Assembly (NCBI GenBank): GCA_047517405.1 | Contig: JAKZSX010000373.1 | Location: 1 to 44,297 of the forward strand | From: Candidatus Poribacteria bacterium | GTDB lineage: Bacteria > Poribacteria > WGA-4E > PCPOR2b | Length of the DNA stretch: 44,297 bases | Reading direction: 5' to 3' | Shown: piece after piece, positions 1 through 9,209 of the stretch | Numbering within the stretch: position 1 is the stretch's first letter | Layout of the letters: the number at the start of each line of letters is the position of its first letter | The notes under the pieces: model-generated | Databases searched by the model: none | Seen by the model: only the letters and a program-made list of their open reading frames with translations | Told to the model about the DNA's origin: nothing | Program-made: the position numbers and the translations under genes

Positions 1-409
1 TTCGCTTGCAGATAGGCAAGAGATTGCCCAACATCGTGCAAACCGTTTGTCGTCTTTGACCTTAAGTGTGCGCTAGTTTATGAAATAATTGCTGGAGGGA
101 TTGTACTCAATTGGGGCGAAGATTTGATTGATTTGTCCAGACTTTGGACGAGGCAAGTGAAAAGCTTAGTTTCTCTAAGATAGGTAGTAACTCGCGTTAA
201 GGGTTTTAAGAGATGACTAGTTGACCAACTGATCCCAGTTCTAATATGTTGGATGGCGTGTTGGAACCTTACAGCAGGTTTTTGATGGGGGGACACGAGG
301 ATGCCATTCAGAAGGTCGTCATCGTATCTGGTGAGATTACCTATCGTTATAGCTCTTCGGCGATGGAAAGCGCATCTTGATGACGATGGGTTAAGCTAGC
401 TGAATCCAA

Positions 410-1423
410 TTACCAGCCCCCTCTCTCCTCAACAAAATCCTCGACCTCACGCATTGTGGGCATAAAGTTGGCACAGCCGTGCCGGGTGACGACAATCGCG
501 CCGGTCGCATTACCTAAGCGGACAGACTGTTCCCAGCCCCAGTCTTTCAGGCAGCCGTAAATAAAACCGCTGGCGAAGGCATCCCCTGCGCCGAGTGTAT
601 TATACACTTCGACGGGAAATGGATCGGCATTGATAACTTCCCCGCCGGACAGATAAACATCTGCGCCGTCAATCCCACGTTTCATCACTAGAGCTTTTGG
701 GCCACCGCTCAGAATTGTTTCGATCGCTGCGTTCACGTCACCTTCGATATCTGGATTAGAGATCTGGGAGTGGGTGATGGAGAGTTGTGAGGCGTCGGAG
801 AGTGTTGCCGCTTTGACCTCTTCTTCCGTTCCGAGTGCGATATCGACCAACCGCAATGCAGATCTGGCGACTACGCCGAAAGCACGGGGATCATGCCACT
901 GGTCTGCGCGGAAGTCAAGGTCGAGAAACACGGTCGTTCCAACAGATTGAGCGTATTCAGCGGCAAAGAGGTTGGCACTTCGACTCGGCTCCTTGCTCAG
1001 TCCAGTGCCAGAGATGAGTAACGCCCGACTATCGGCAATCGGTGAGGCGAGGACATCGTCGATCGTGAGCTCGATGTCAGCACAGTTGTCGCGATAGTAG
1101 ACGAGAGGAAAGCGATCCGGCGGTTCAATTCCAAGCACAACCGCACTGGTTCTATGTCCCGGTTTGTATGAGACAAACTTCGTCTCGACCTTCTCATCAT
1201 TCAGAAATTTGAGGATAAAGTCGCCCACCGGATCTTCGCCAAGCCCGGTGAGAACAGCGGATCGTAGTCCAAGCCGCCGCGTCCCAACACTGATGTTGGT
1301 CGGGCATCCACCGACAAACGCGCCAAAGCTTCCGATTTCAGGAAAGGGTGCGCCGATGTCGTTGGAATAGAGATCTATCGAACTGCGTCCGATTGCTAAA
1401 ATATCATAGGTTCGTTCGCTCAT
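410..1423 (-). CDS. iolC: 5-dehydro-2-deoxygluconokinase (PfkB family)
   Basis: IGRSSIDLY...FVGGCPTNISVGTRRLGL, PPDRFPLVYYRDNCAD and GAGDAF PfkB motifs. Start moved to ATG 1423 (MSERTYD) to avoid overlap with the upstream gene. Confidence 0.9.
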   Translation of the reverse strand: MSERTYDILAIGRSSIDLYSNDIGAPFPEIGSFGAFVGGCPTNISVGTRRLGLRSAVLTGLGEDPVGDFILKFLNDEKVETKFVSYKPGHRTSAVVLGIEPPDRFPLVYYRDNCADIELTIDDVLASPIADSRALLISGTGLSKEPSRSANLFAAEYAQSVGTTVFLDLDFRADQWHDPRAFGVVARSALRLVDIALGTEEEVKAATLSDASQLSITHSQISNPDIEGDVNAAIETILSGGPKALVMKRGIDGADVYLSGGEVINADPFPVEVYNTLGAGDAFASGFIYGCLKDWGWEQSVRLGNATGAIVVTRHGCANFMPTMREVEDFVEERGGW

Positions 1424-1427
1424 CAGT

Positions 1428-2216
1428 TCACCGTGATACGTAATCCTTAAACTTCTCGCTCTCCTCTGCAAACCGACAGGTAATCAGAAAAGCGTCGTTT
1501 CCGCAGGCAATTAACTGAACGCCCGCATCCGCCCACCGTTTTCCGCTCTCAAAATCGTTGACATAGCTGCCGAGGACAACCTGGTATTCCTTTGCTTTGG
1601 CGATGACTTTTTCGATGCTATCGACAATTAATGGGTGATCGAGTTGGCCAGAGATACCGAGAGAGGTTGAGAGGTCATAGGGTCCAAGGAAGATTGCGTC
1701 GAGTCCATCGGTGGAAAGAATTTCATCAATATTTTCCACCGATTTTGCGGTTTCAATCTGCCCGATGATAAAAATTTCTTCATTTGCCTGAAGGGTATAT
1801 TTCACACCGTCTAACTTCCGGAAATCACCGTAATCGGTGTGCCCAATACCGAACGCAACGCCTCGCTCTCCATCGGGCGCGTATTTCGCCCACTTCACGA
1901 CATTTTCGATATCTTCGGGTGATTCTACACGCGGAATCATCACCCCTGAAGCACCGGCGTCAAGTGCTCGAGAGATAAAATGCCTCTCAATGTCTGGCAC
2001 ACGCACAATACTGGGAAGATCTGACCCCCTCGCGGCTCTAACGATTTGCCCAACTGTTTCCATCGTAAAGGTCGTGTGCTCCATGTCCACAATGATGAAA
2101 TCTGCACCGGCACTCGCTAGGATGGTCGCAATCGATGGTACGGCGAATTCCATTACAAAGGTGCCAACGATAACTTCCCCATCTCGTAAGGTTGATTTAA
2201 TCTGCTTGGCTCTCAT
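1428..2216 (-). CDS. HpcH/HpaI aldolase family protein
   Basis: DFIIVDMEH, ALDAGASGVMIPRV, KYAPDGERG, QIET, FLGPYDLS motifs. Confidence 0.9.
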   Translation of the reverse strand: MRAKQIKSTLRDGEVIVGTFVMEFAVPSIATILASAGADFIIVDMEHTTFTMETVGQIVRAARGSDLPSIVRVPDIERHFISRALDAGASGVMIPRVESPEDIENVVKWAKYAPDGERGVAFGIGHTDYGDFRKLDGVKYTLQANEEIFIIGQIETAKSVENIDEILSTDGLDAIFLGPYDLSTSLGISGQLDHPLIVDSIEKVIAKAKEYQVVLGSYVNDFESGKRWADAGVQLIACGNDAFLITCRFAEESEKFKDYVSR

Positions 2217-2343
2217 TTTTTAATCATACTATCCGCCATCAGAAATCGCGCTTTTGGGAGGGAGAATCCCGATAAATACGGAGGTTCAAAGCGTAATTTC
2301 ATATGGTGCTTAGTATGGAAATCTCCTTAAATCAGATATCTTG

Positions 2344-4317
2344 TTAGACTACTGTAAAAAGATCTTCAATTTCGTGTAGTAGTTTTCGCGCACCCGCCAC
2401 AGCGTTGGAAGCTCTTTTCATTCTTTTTGAAATCGTTAAAATCTTATCACAATAGTTGTAGGATAGACTGAGATCTCCTGCGGCACGGGCGTTCTCTGCG
2501 ACATTGAAATAACAGATTGTTGTACGTGATAGACTTTCATCCGTTTCCTCCCATAGGCTGGTATGAGCGTAATGGTCTGCCGAAAGTGCATATAATCTAC
2601 CGGCTTCAGCCCAATTCTGTTGTCTTTCGAGAAAGTCCGCTCGCACAGCATAGTAGGTGCCCGCCTCCTGTGCACACTGCCGTGCACGACCATAACGGCG
2701 GGCAGCGGTGTAGGCAAGCCGTGCTCGTGCATAGCAATCCGCCCCCGACTCCCAATTCTCGGACTCAATGAAGCTCTCCGCAGATCTTCTATAAAATTCT
2801 CCTAGTTTTTTGTACTCTGCGCGACTGCGCCGACTTTTCCCCTCTTGTGCATATTCTTCAGCCGATTGACGAGTCCGGGCGGCAATTCTTTCATAGGGAT
2901 TCTGAATTACCTCATGAAGTTTTCGCAGCACAAATTCCGGGGCAGTTTCCTGCAGATTAAACGGTTGAAGCGTGAGCTCGGAACCGGTGCTACTATCTGT
3001 GGAGAGTGCCGTTGGATCTACGGGAGTGGGCACCTCGCTGGAACTGTCAGGAGGAAACTGCTTGTCTAACCACCGTCTGAGTTCCGAAACCTCGTCAACT
3101 GGCAGCTGGTCAGTTAACTCAATAACCTCTTTTGCTGTTGTAGGTAATTGGGGGACGATCATTAAATCCGATAAATGCCGAAATATCCGATCTGCTTTTT
3201 TAGTCGCTTGTGCACTACTCAAGTGGAGACGATGCGCTTGCTGCATTTCTTGCAATGCCTGCTGAGGTTGTTTTGTATCAATGGAATGAATAGCTTGATC
3301 ATAGTGTATATCGACTTGCGCTTCAAGTTTAAGCTGCTTCTGTTTTTCTGCCTCCGTCTTCTGTTCTCCAAATATCTCCAATTCAATTTTCTCTGCTGCC
3401 CCGGTGGAAAGACGTAAATCCTTTCTGTGTTCAGATAGTGTAGCGTGCTGTAGCGCTGGGTTCGATTGGGTCATCACTGTTTGTCGTACAGCGTCTGCGT
3501 ACCATTGTTCACGAATACGGTCTAGGTCGTTATACAACTCCGAGGCAGTTTGATACCGTGCCTGTACATCTCGATGTAACGCTTTCTGTAAAATTTTGCG
3601 CATATCTTCAGGCAGTTTGTGACCGAATTCAATCTCCTCGCTCTGTTTTCTCACCTGAATCTCATCTTGGGTTTTTCCTCGAAATGGGAATCTTCCCATA
3701 AACATTTCGTAGAGGATTAGTCCTATTGAATAGAGATCCGCCCGATAATCATAGTTTCCTTCATACTGTTCAGGCGCCATGTACCTTCGTGTTCCGGCGA
3801 TCGTTCCCGCATAATCGGTGGTAGCTTCAAGGATGCGCGCGACACCGAAGTCAGAAATCTTCGCTATTTGGCCAGAAGTCAGCAAAATATTCTGAGGCTT
3901 GATGTCTCGGTGAATAATGTTCTGTTCATGGGCGGCGATCAGTCCTCTACAAATATCAAGCGCAATATTCATCGCTAAGCTAGAAACAGGACGCTTCACC
4001 GTCATCAACTCTCGCAAACTGGGGCCGTCAACGTACTCCATGACGATATAGGCAACATATTCCTCATCGCCAGGTTCAACAGTATGAATGGAAACGATAT
4101 TGGAGTGTCCCCAATTCCGTCCCATTGCACTCAACTCGGCAAGCAGGTAACGCATCCGTCCCGTGGGGTAGATTGATTTAGGCAACACTTTAATCGCAAC
4201 AGTACGGTTAGTGAACTCTTCTTTCGCCCGAAAAACGGAAGCAAAACTGCCGTTGTTAATTAGTTTTTCAATACGATATTTTCCTAAGACCAGTCCATTT
4301 ATCTGCATAAACACCAT
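2344..4317 (-). CDS. Hanks-type Ser/Thr protein kinase with C-terminal helical TPR/alpha-SNAP-like domain
   Basis: GSFASV, VAIK, HRDIKPQN, DFG and APE motifs; C-terminal Ala/Tyr-rich helical repeats; no transmembrane segment evident. Confidence 0.9.
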   Translation of the reverse strand: MVFMQINGLVLGKYRIEKLINNGSFASVFRAKEEFTNRTVAIKVLPKSIYPTGRMRYLLAELSAMGRNWGHSNIVSIHTVEPGDEEYVAYIVMEYVDGPSLRELMTVKRPVSSLAMNIALDICRGLIAAHEQNIIHRDIKPQNILLTSGQIAKISDFGVARILEATTDYAGTIAGTRRYMAPEQYEGNYDYRADLYSIGLILYEMFMGRFPFRGKTQDEIQVRKQSEEIEFGHKLPEDMRKILQKALHRDVQARYQTASELYNDLDRIREQWYADAVRQTVMTQSNPALQHATLSEHRKDLRLSTGAAEKIELEIFGEQKTEAEKQKQLKLEAQVDIHYDQAIHSIDTKQPQQALQEMQQAHRLHLSSAQATKKADRIFRHLSDLMIVPQLPTTAKEVIELTDQLPVDEVSELRRWLDKQFPPDSSSEVPTPVDPTALSTDSSTGSELTLQPFNLQETAPEFVLRKLHEVIQNPYERIAARTRQSAEEYAQEGKSRRSRAEYKKLGEFYRRSAESFIESENWESGADCYARARLAYTAARRYGRARQCAQEAGTYYAVRADFLERQQNWAEAGRLYALSADHYAHTSLWEETDESLSRTTICYFNVAENARAAGDLSLSYNYCDKILTISKRMKRASNAVAGARKLLHEIEDLFTVV

Positions 4318-4465
4318 CCTTGACCCAAGTTTCGACCAATACGGGACCGATTCTCAACTGTTAATCGCGTTCAGTTGCTTTGCAGCGTACTTGGATAGAA
4401 TAATCCGTGAAGCAGCCCACTCTCCGCATGCTATCCATTCCCATATTCGAACGTGGGGTACTCAT

Positions 4466-4520
4466 TAATGTGCTAGATATGGTAACTTAGCACATTAGCA
4501 TAAAACAACCAAGCTGTCAA
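4466..4520 (-). promoter_or_regulatory. Putative sigma70 promoter of the kinase gene with overlapping palindrome
   Basis: TTGACA (4520-4515)-17 nt-TAATGT preceded by TG; inverted repeat TAATGTGCTA-N12-TAGCACATTA at 4466-4497. Confidence 0.5.
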
Positions 4521-4565
4521 TATGCAAATGCACATATATACAAAAAGGCGATAGCCACCGGGTTA

Positions 4566-5216
4566 TTAATCTGCCTTGGCGGCTTGCACGGCGTCTACTA
4601 ACTTTTTCGCGTTCTCTGTGAGGAGATCGAATCGCCCATCAGCAATCACTTGATTGTTGACGAGTGCACTGCCAACACCAAGTGCTGCGGAGCCCGCTTT
4701 GATGAACTCTCCGGCGTTATCAATACTCACGCCTCCAGTCGGGATTAGTGGGATATGGGGTAATGGTGCTTTCACGTCTTTGATGTAGCTTGGTCCAACT
4801 CCACTTGATGGGAAAACTTTTACATAGTCTGCCCCAGTTTCCCATGCAGCCAAAATCTCTGTCGGTGTAAACGCGCCCGGCATCACGATTTTACTGTATC
4901 GATTACAGATTTCGATAACATCTGGTTTTGTCACAGGACTGACAACGAACTCTGCACCTGCGAGCATTGCTGCCCGCGCGGTTTCGGCATCGAGCACCGA
5001 CCCGACGCCCACTAGCACTTCATCGCCGTATCGTGCGGCAACATCACTGATAACTCTCAACGCATTTGGTGTTGTCATTGTGACTTCAATCAGATCGACA
5101 CCACCCGCTTTGATTGCTGCTGCAACCTCTATCAACTCAGCGGAACTATTCGCCCGAATGATAGCGACGACCCCACAAGATTCGACCCGTTGCATCTGTT
5201 CCAATTTAGTCATCAT
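4566..5216 (-). CDS. eda: KHG/KDPG aldolase
   Basis: VVAIIR, IEVTMTTP, GAEFVVSP, PGAFTPTE, VKVFP, PTGGV motifs. Confidence 0.92.
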   Translation of the reverse strand: MMTKLEQMQRVESCGVVAIIRANSSAELIEVAAAIKAGGVDLIEVTMTTPNALRVISDVAARYGDEVLVGVGSVLDAETARAAMLAGAEFVVSPVTKPDVIEICNRYSKIVMPGAFTPTEILAAWETGADYVKVFPSSGVGPSYIKDVKAPLPHIPLIPTGGVSIDNAGEFIKAGSAALGVGSALVNNQVIADGRFDLLTENAKKLVDAVQAAKAD

Positions 5217-5315
5217 TTACCCCGATCACGATAGCACAATAGATCATTAAAAATAACCTAGAATATTTAAAAAGCTTGCTTTTCTGTTATTTGTTTGTAT
5301 ATCCAGTATCAGCCT

Positions 5316-6044
5316 TCAGAGGATGCCCAGCGGCGGTGTTACGATAATTTCGTCGGTAACCATGCCAGTCGGCTGTGTCGCAACAAAGAGAATGGTATCT
5401 GCAACATGTTCTGGCTTCAACATCAAATTTAGGTCAGGGTGTCCCTCAATGTTAGCCCAGAATGGCGTATCAACCGATCCGGGGGAGACTGCGGTAACAC
5501 GGATGTTCTCACTTCTGACCTCCTCCGCCAGAACCTTCGTAAACGCCAGTGCCCCTGCCTTTGCTGCACAATACGCACTTGAGGCTTTGAATGTAACTTT
5601 TGCGGCAATTGACAGCACATTGATAATTTGACCGGATTGGCGTGCTAGCATAGAAGACAGCACGTATTTCGAGCAAAGGTAGGTGCTTTTGAGGTTGGAG
5701 GCAATCACTTGAGTCCACACCTCCGGATCCGAATCGGCAACCGTTTCAAAGGCACCGGTCCCTGCATTGTTCACAAGGATGTCGATTTGCCCATAGGTTT
5801 CCAGTGTTCGATTGACTAGGGTTTCCACCGCTTCCGCCTGTGTTACATCCGTCGGTACAACAAGGGCTTCTCCGCCTTCTATGTGTATGAGATTGGCAAC
5901 TGTTTCGAGATCATGCTGTGTGCGGGATGCGAGGACAACCTGTGCATCTGCTCGTGCAAACGCCAAAGCGGTCGCTCGACCGATGCCCCGCGACGCTCCT
6001 GTTATAATTGCAACTTTGTCCTTCAGCATCTTTGCGCCCTTCAA
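5316..6044 (-). CDS. SDR oxidoreductase, candidate sepiapterin reductase
   Basis: TGASRGIG, NNAG, YCAAK motifs; directly downstream of folE and PTPS. Start may be the ATG of MLKDK. Confidence 0.8.
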   Translation of the reverse strand: MKGAKMLKDKVAIITGASRGIGRATALAFARADAQVVLASRTQHDLETVANLIHIEGGEALVVPTDVTQAEAVETLVNRTLETYGQIDILVNNAGTGAFETVADSDPEVWTQVIASNLKSTYLCSKYVLSSMLARQSGQIINVLSIAAKVTFKASSAYCAAKAGALAFTKVLAEEVRSENIRVTAVSPGSVDTPFWANIEGHPDLNLMLKPEHVADTILFVATQPTGMVTDEIIVTPPLGIL

Positions 6045-6073
6045 GTTGTTCCGTATTTATGACTAAGCCTCAT

Positions 6074-6667
6074 CTAAATACATCTCATGAACTCTGCTCG
6101 CGTTGAATTTTTATCTCGAAACTCACCGAGCATTACATTGGTCATCGTTTGTGAGTGCTGTTTCTGTACGCCACGCACCATCATGCACAGATGCTGTGCC
6201 TCCATGACAACGGCGACCCCAGCTGGATGTAACACGTCTCGTAGCGCCTCCGCAATCTGCCGCGTCAGTCTCTCTTGCACTTGGAGGCGGCGAGCAAACA
6301 TATCCACAATGCGGGGAATTTTACTGAGTCCAACGATTTTTTTTCGGGGGATATACCCAACGTGGCACTTGCCGAAAAATGGTAAAAGATGGTGCTCACA
6401 GAGACTATAAAACTCAATGTCTTTGACGATGACCATTTCGTCGTACTCTTCGTCGAAGATTGCGTCGTTTAATACTTCCTCAACATTCTGGTGGTATCCC
6501 TGCATCAAAAACTGAAAGGCTTTCGCTGCGCGTTGAGGTGTTTTCAGGAGACCATTTCTTGTTGGGTCCTCGCCAATAGTCTCCAATATCTGGGTATAGA
6601 TGTATTCAAGTTTTGGATCAGCGGTAGTTGTTCCGTTGTCAATTGAGTCGGCGTGGTAAATTTTCAT
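6074..6667 (-). CDS. folE: GTP cyclohydrolase I
   Basis: [50 protein letters not shown]. Confidence 0.97.
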   Translation of the reverse strand: MKIYHADSIDNGTTTADPKLEYIYTQILETIGEDPTRNGLLKTPQRAAKAFQFLMQGYHQNVEEVLNDAIFDEEYDEMVIVKDIEFYSLCEHHLLPFFGKCHVGYIPRKKIVGLSKIPRIVDMFARRLQVQERLTRQIAEALRDVLHPAGVAVVMEAQHLCMMVRGVQKQHSQTMTNVMLGEFRDKNSTRAEFMRCI

Positions 6668-6670
6668 CAA

Positions 6671-7504
6671 CTAAATCTCGTTTCCGTAGTAATCAAAATG
6701 GTTCTTAGGCGTTTCTCTTAATCGAAGCCGATGTAGCTGAATCGGCTTCAGATTCGGCTCAACACCCTCCCAGAGCACCTTCACAAAGTTTTCAGAAGTT
6801 GGATTGAGGTTCTCAAACTCAGGTGTGTCTAAGTTGAGATGTTTATGATCGAATCGCCCGTAGACCTGCTCCTGAATCGTTTCATCAAGACAGCGTAGAT
6901 CGGCAACCATCCCGGTTCTTGGGTCCACCTCGCCTTTTATTGTTACTTCAAGAACATAGTTGTGCCCGTGACCGTAGAAATTGTTACACTTTCCGAATAC
7001 TTCTTGGTTTTCCGCATCGCTGAGTTGTGGACTGTGCAATCGGTGTGATGCACTGAATTCGTAAACTTTCGTGAGATAGACCATCTGTCTCTCTCCATAA
7101 TAGTCAGAAAATAGGGTTGAATCCTCATACAACCTGATTCGATGTAAGATTGTCCCTTTCAGATATGGTTCAGTCGCATACCATATCTGAATCGCTAAAT
7201 TCTCGCTTGTTGGTTGCAGGTGTGGGCTATTCGCAAAGGTGGGGTGTTGTATGTTGATATGTTTGTGATCATAGTAGGCAACAATTTCTTCCTTGAGAAC
7301 CTTGTCCAGATCTATGATATTGATGACCATTCCGCGTTCAGGATTAAGCTGCCCTTTGACCGTCGCTTCCAAGACATAGTTATGCCCATGACCATATGGA
7401 TTTGCGGTCGGTCCGAACAGGGCGTAATTCTCCGCATCGCTGAGTTCAGGAACACGATAGTAGTGTGAGGCTTCAAAAGCAATTTGGCGCGTAAGGTAAT
7501 GCAC
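6671..7504 (-). CDS. Tandem-domain 6-pyruvoyl-tetrahydropterin synthase (PTPS-II type)
   Basis: Two PTPS domains, each with HGHNY, DHKH and PTSEN; the C-terminal domain has CX5HGH (CNNFYGHGH). Confidence 0.9.
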   Translation of the reverse strand: MHYLTRQIAFEASHYYRVPELSDAENYALFGPTANPYGHGHNYVLEATVKGQLNPERGMVINIIDLDKVLKEEIVAYYDHKHINIQHPTFANSPHLQPTSENLAIQIWYATEPYLKGTILHRIRLYEDSTLFSDYYGERQMVYLTKVYEFSASHRLHSPQLSDAENQEVFGKCNNFYGHGHNYVLEVTIKGEVDPRTGMVADLRCLDETIQEQVYGRFDHKHLNLDTPEFENLNPTSENFVKVLWEGVEPNLKPIQLHRLRLRETPKNHFDYYGNEI

Positions 7505-7588
7505 GATGAGATTCCTTATCCATGGACGAGCATTTCTGCTTACTCGTCATGCTGCGCTGATTCTTGACACCCTGCGGATTGACCAATA

Positions 7589-7867
7589 TCACAACCTAGC
7601 AACCTTGTTATCCACCGTTTCGAGCTGCACGCGCATCATCCACTCCCCACCGCCGCGAAAATGCACATGACGTTTTTTGAGCCACTCCACAAGGGTATCT
7701 CGATCTGGAGCTTCCCATTCGCAGACCATTCGACCGAGGACTGTGTCACACTGTACTTTCAGGCTCTTGATTCCGTCGCTTTCCTCGTCGATAAATCGCT
7801 TGGCGAGTCTTTCGACATCCTGCCGTGTCATGCAGGCAATGATATGAGCAGAAACAAATTTGGGCAT
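7589..7867 (-). CDS. DUF4242 / SCO4226-like small protein
   Basis: MPKFVSAH...GRMVCEWEAPDRDTL pattern; GGAG RBS before ATG 7867. Confidence 0.6.
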   Translation of the reverse strand: MPKFVSAHIIACMTRQDVERLAKRFIDEESDGIKSLKVQCDTVLGRMVCEWEAPDRDTLVEWLKKRHVHFRGGGEWMMRVQLETVDNKVARL

Positions 7868-7896
7868 ATCTGACTCCAATATAAAATAAAGAAGAA

Positions 7897-8008
7897 GGCT
7901 GATGTCAGAAGAAAGCGCAAAACGCTAAGCAAAGCCGAATTTTTGGCAAGTAGGGGCGGGGTGACCCCGTCCCTACGATTTTTGTTGCACAATTTCTTAA
8001 CATGAGCC
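7897..8008. repeat. MITE-like intergenic element (family A) with internal GTAG...CTAC hairpin
   Basis: Imperfect terminal inverted repeats GGCTGATGTCAGAA / TTCTTAACATGAGCC; body homologous to 38100-38196. Confidence 0.7.
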
Positions 8009-8100
8009 AAGAATAAAACGGATTTTGATTGCGATGGAGTTTACCAAAAACCCACTAGTACCTCATAAAACCTATCCTTGAGTGCAAGGGAGTGGAGAGA

Positions 8101-9000
8101 TTAGTCAAGTAATTCCTGACAGTTCCAACCCTGAAAATGACATTGTCGGAGCTTGAATCGGTATACGCTTTGCCAACCAATCGGAGGAAAGAGGGTAGCA
8201 ATCACCGGTAGTCATAGACACAATCCTCCCAGCTATATCCTAAAACTCCTCCATCGACAAGACCATCATAATAGTAGCGCAACAGATCTTTCTCGATTTC
8301 ATGCCGTTGCGGCGAGGAATCGCCTCCGACTAAGTAACAGAGATCATATGGGCCAATCCCTCGTTTATAAGTTTCCCAATCGCCAAAATAAAGCCCATCT
8401 ATTTCTGGGTTTTTGGGGTAAAAGAGATTCCAATGATGCAGGTCACCGTGTAGAAGTGTCAGAGCTTTGTTATCTTTGATGCGTTCGGCATACAACCGTT
8501 CCCAACTGTTAATGGTATGCAGCACAAAATCAAATATCTCTTGTGGCAATTCGTCTTGGGCTTTGTCTGCAAATTGAGGAAGCAGCGTTTTTCTCCAGTA
8601 TTGGCAATAAGTTCGTATAATTTCAGGTGTGGCGGCATCCGCCATGCGGAGTGGTCCTCTTGTCCTCGCAGAAAATCGGCTTGTGAAATTCGCGGATGCT
8701 CCCACCATTGGGTATGGAACTTCAACAGTTCATCAATAATCTGCTTGTAGAGAGCGACGGTGAATCTTCCTTCCTCTTTGGGAGGGGTTTCAGTGTGTGT
8801 CACAGAGGCATCTTCAAAGATAAAATAGCATTGACGGGCATCACGGTCATAATCGAAGTCGTAGCATCGGAAAACCGGCGGATCGGGCATTTGGGCAACG
8901 ATTTCGTTGAAGAAGACCGATTCAGCGATACCGCCCCCAAACCAACCCTCCTTATAATTTTTAAAGATTAGATTGGTATGAAGACCATTTTTCGATTTAA
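8101..9000 (-). pseudogene. Aminoglycoside/ecdysteroid-kinase-like phosphotransferase pseudogene
   Basis: TLLHGDLHHWN and FGDWE motifs; frameshifts near 8659 and 8204; C-terminus WNCQELLD* ends at 8101; the frame stays open upstream of ATG 8890 with no start codon before a repeat at ~9009. Confidence 0.8.
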
Positions 9001-9008
9001 TTGGAGTA

Positions 9009-9086
9009 GTAGGGACGCAAATCCCGATACGGTTGCGTCGTTCCGACGCTCACGGAATCGTGGAAGATACCTAGAATGATAGCGCA
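9009..9086. repeat. Degenerate ~78-bp direct repeat, copy 1
   Basis: GTAGGGACGCAAAT...GGAATCGTGGAAGATACCTA aligns by eye with 10170-10246. Confidence 0.7.
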
Positions 9087-9124
9087 ATAGTTCTGGCTCA
9101 ATCAGCCTAGAACATTGCGCTATC
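9078..9124 (-). terminator. Long stem-loop downstream of the sulfurtransferase gene
   Basis: GATAGCGCAATAGTTCT / AGAACATTGCGCTATC arms with an inner GGCT/AGCC stem; no clear U-tract. Confidence 0.45.
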
Positions 9125-9209
9125 GTCCGGGAGGTTTCTGTAATCTTCCCGCTTCAGGAAGAAACAGAACTGGCATCTATGTTCCCTACTAGCTCAGTAT
9201 CGCTACTGA

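Noticed and set aside
1-409. 72-aa ORF 78-296 and other short frames
   Set aside because: No recognisable motif or RBS support; left unannotated
6671-7504. queD / 7-deazaguanine (Dpd) system
   Set aside because: The motif is CX5HGH rather than CX3HGH, and no queC, queE or dpdA is nearby
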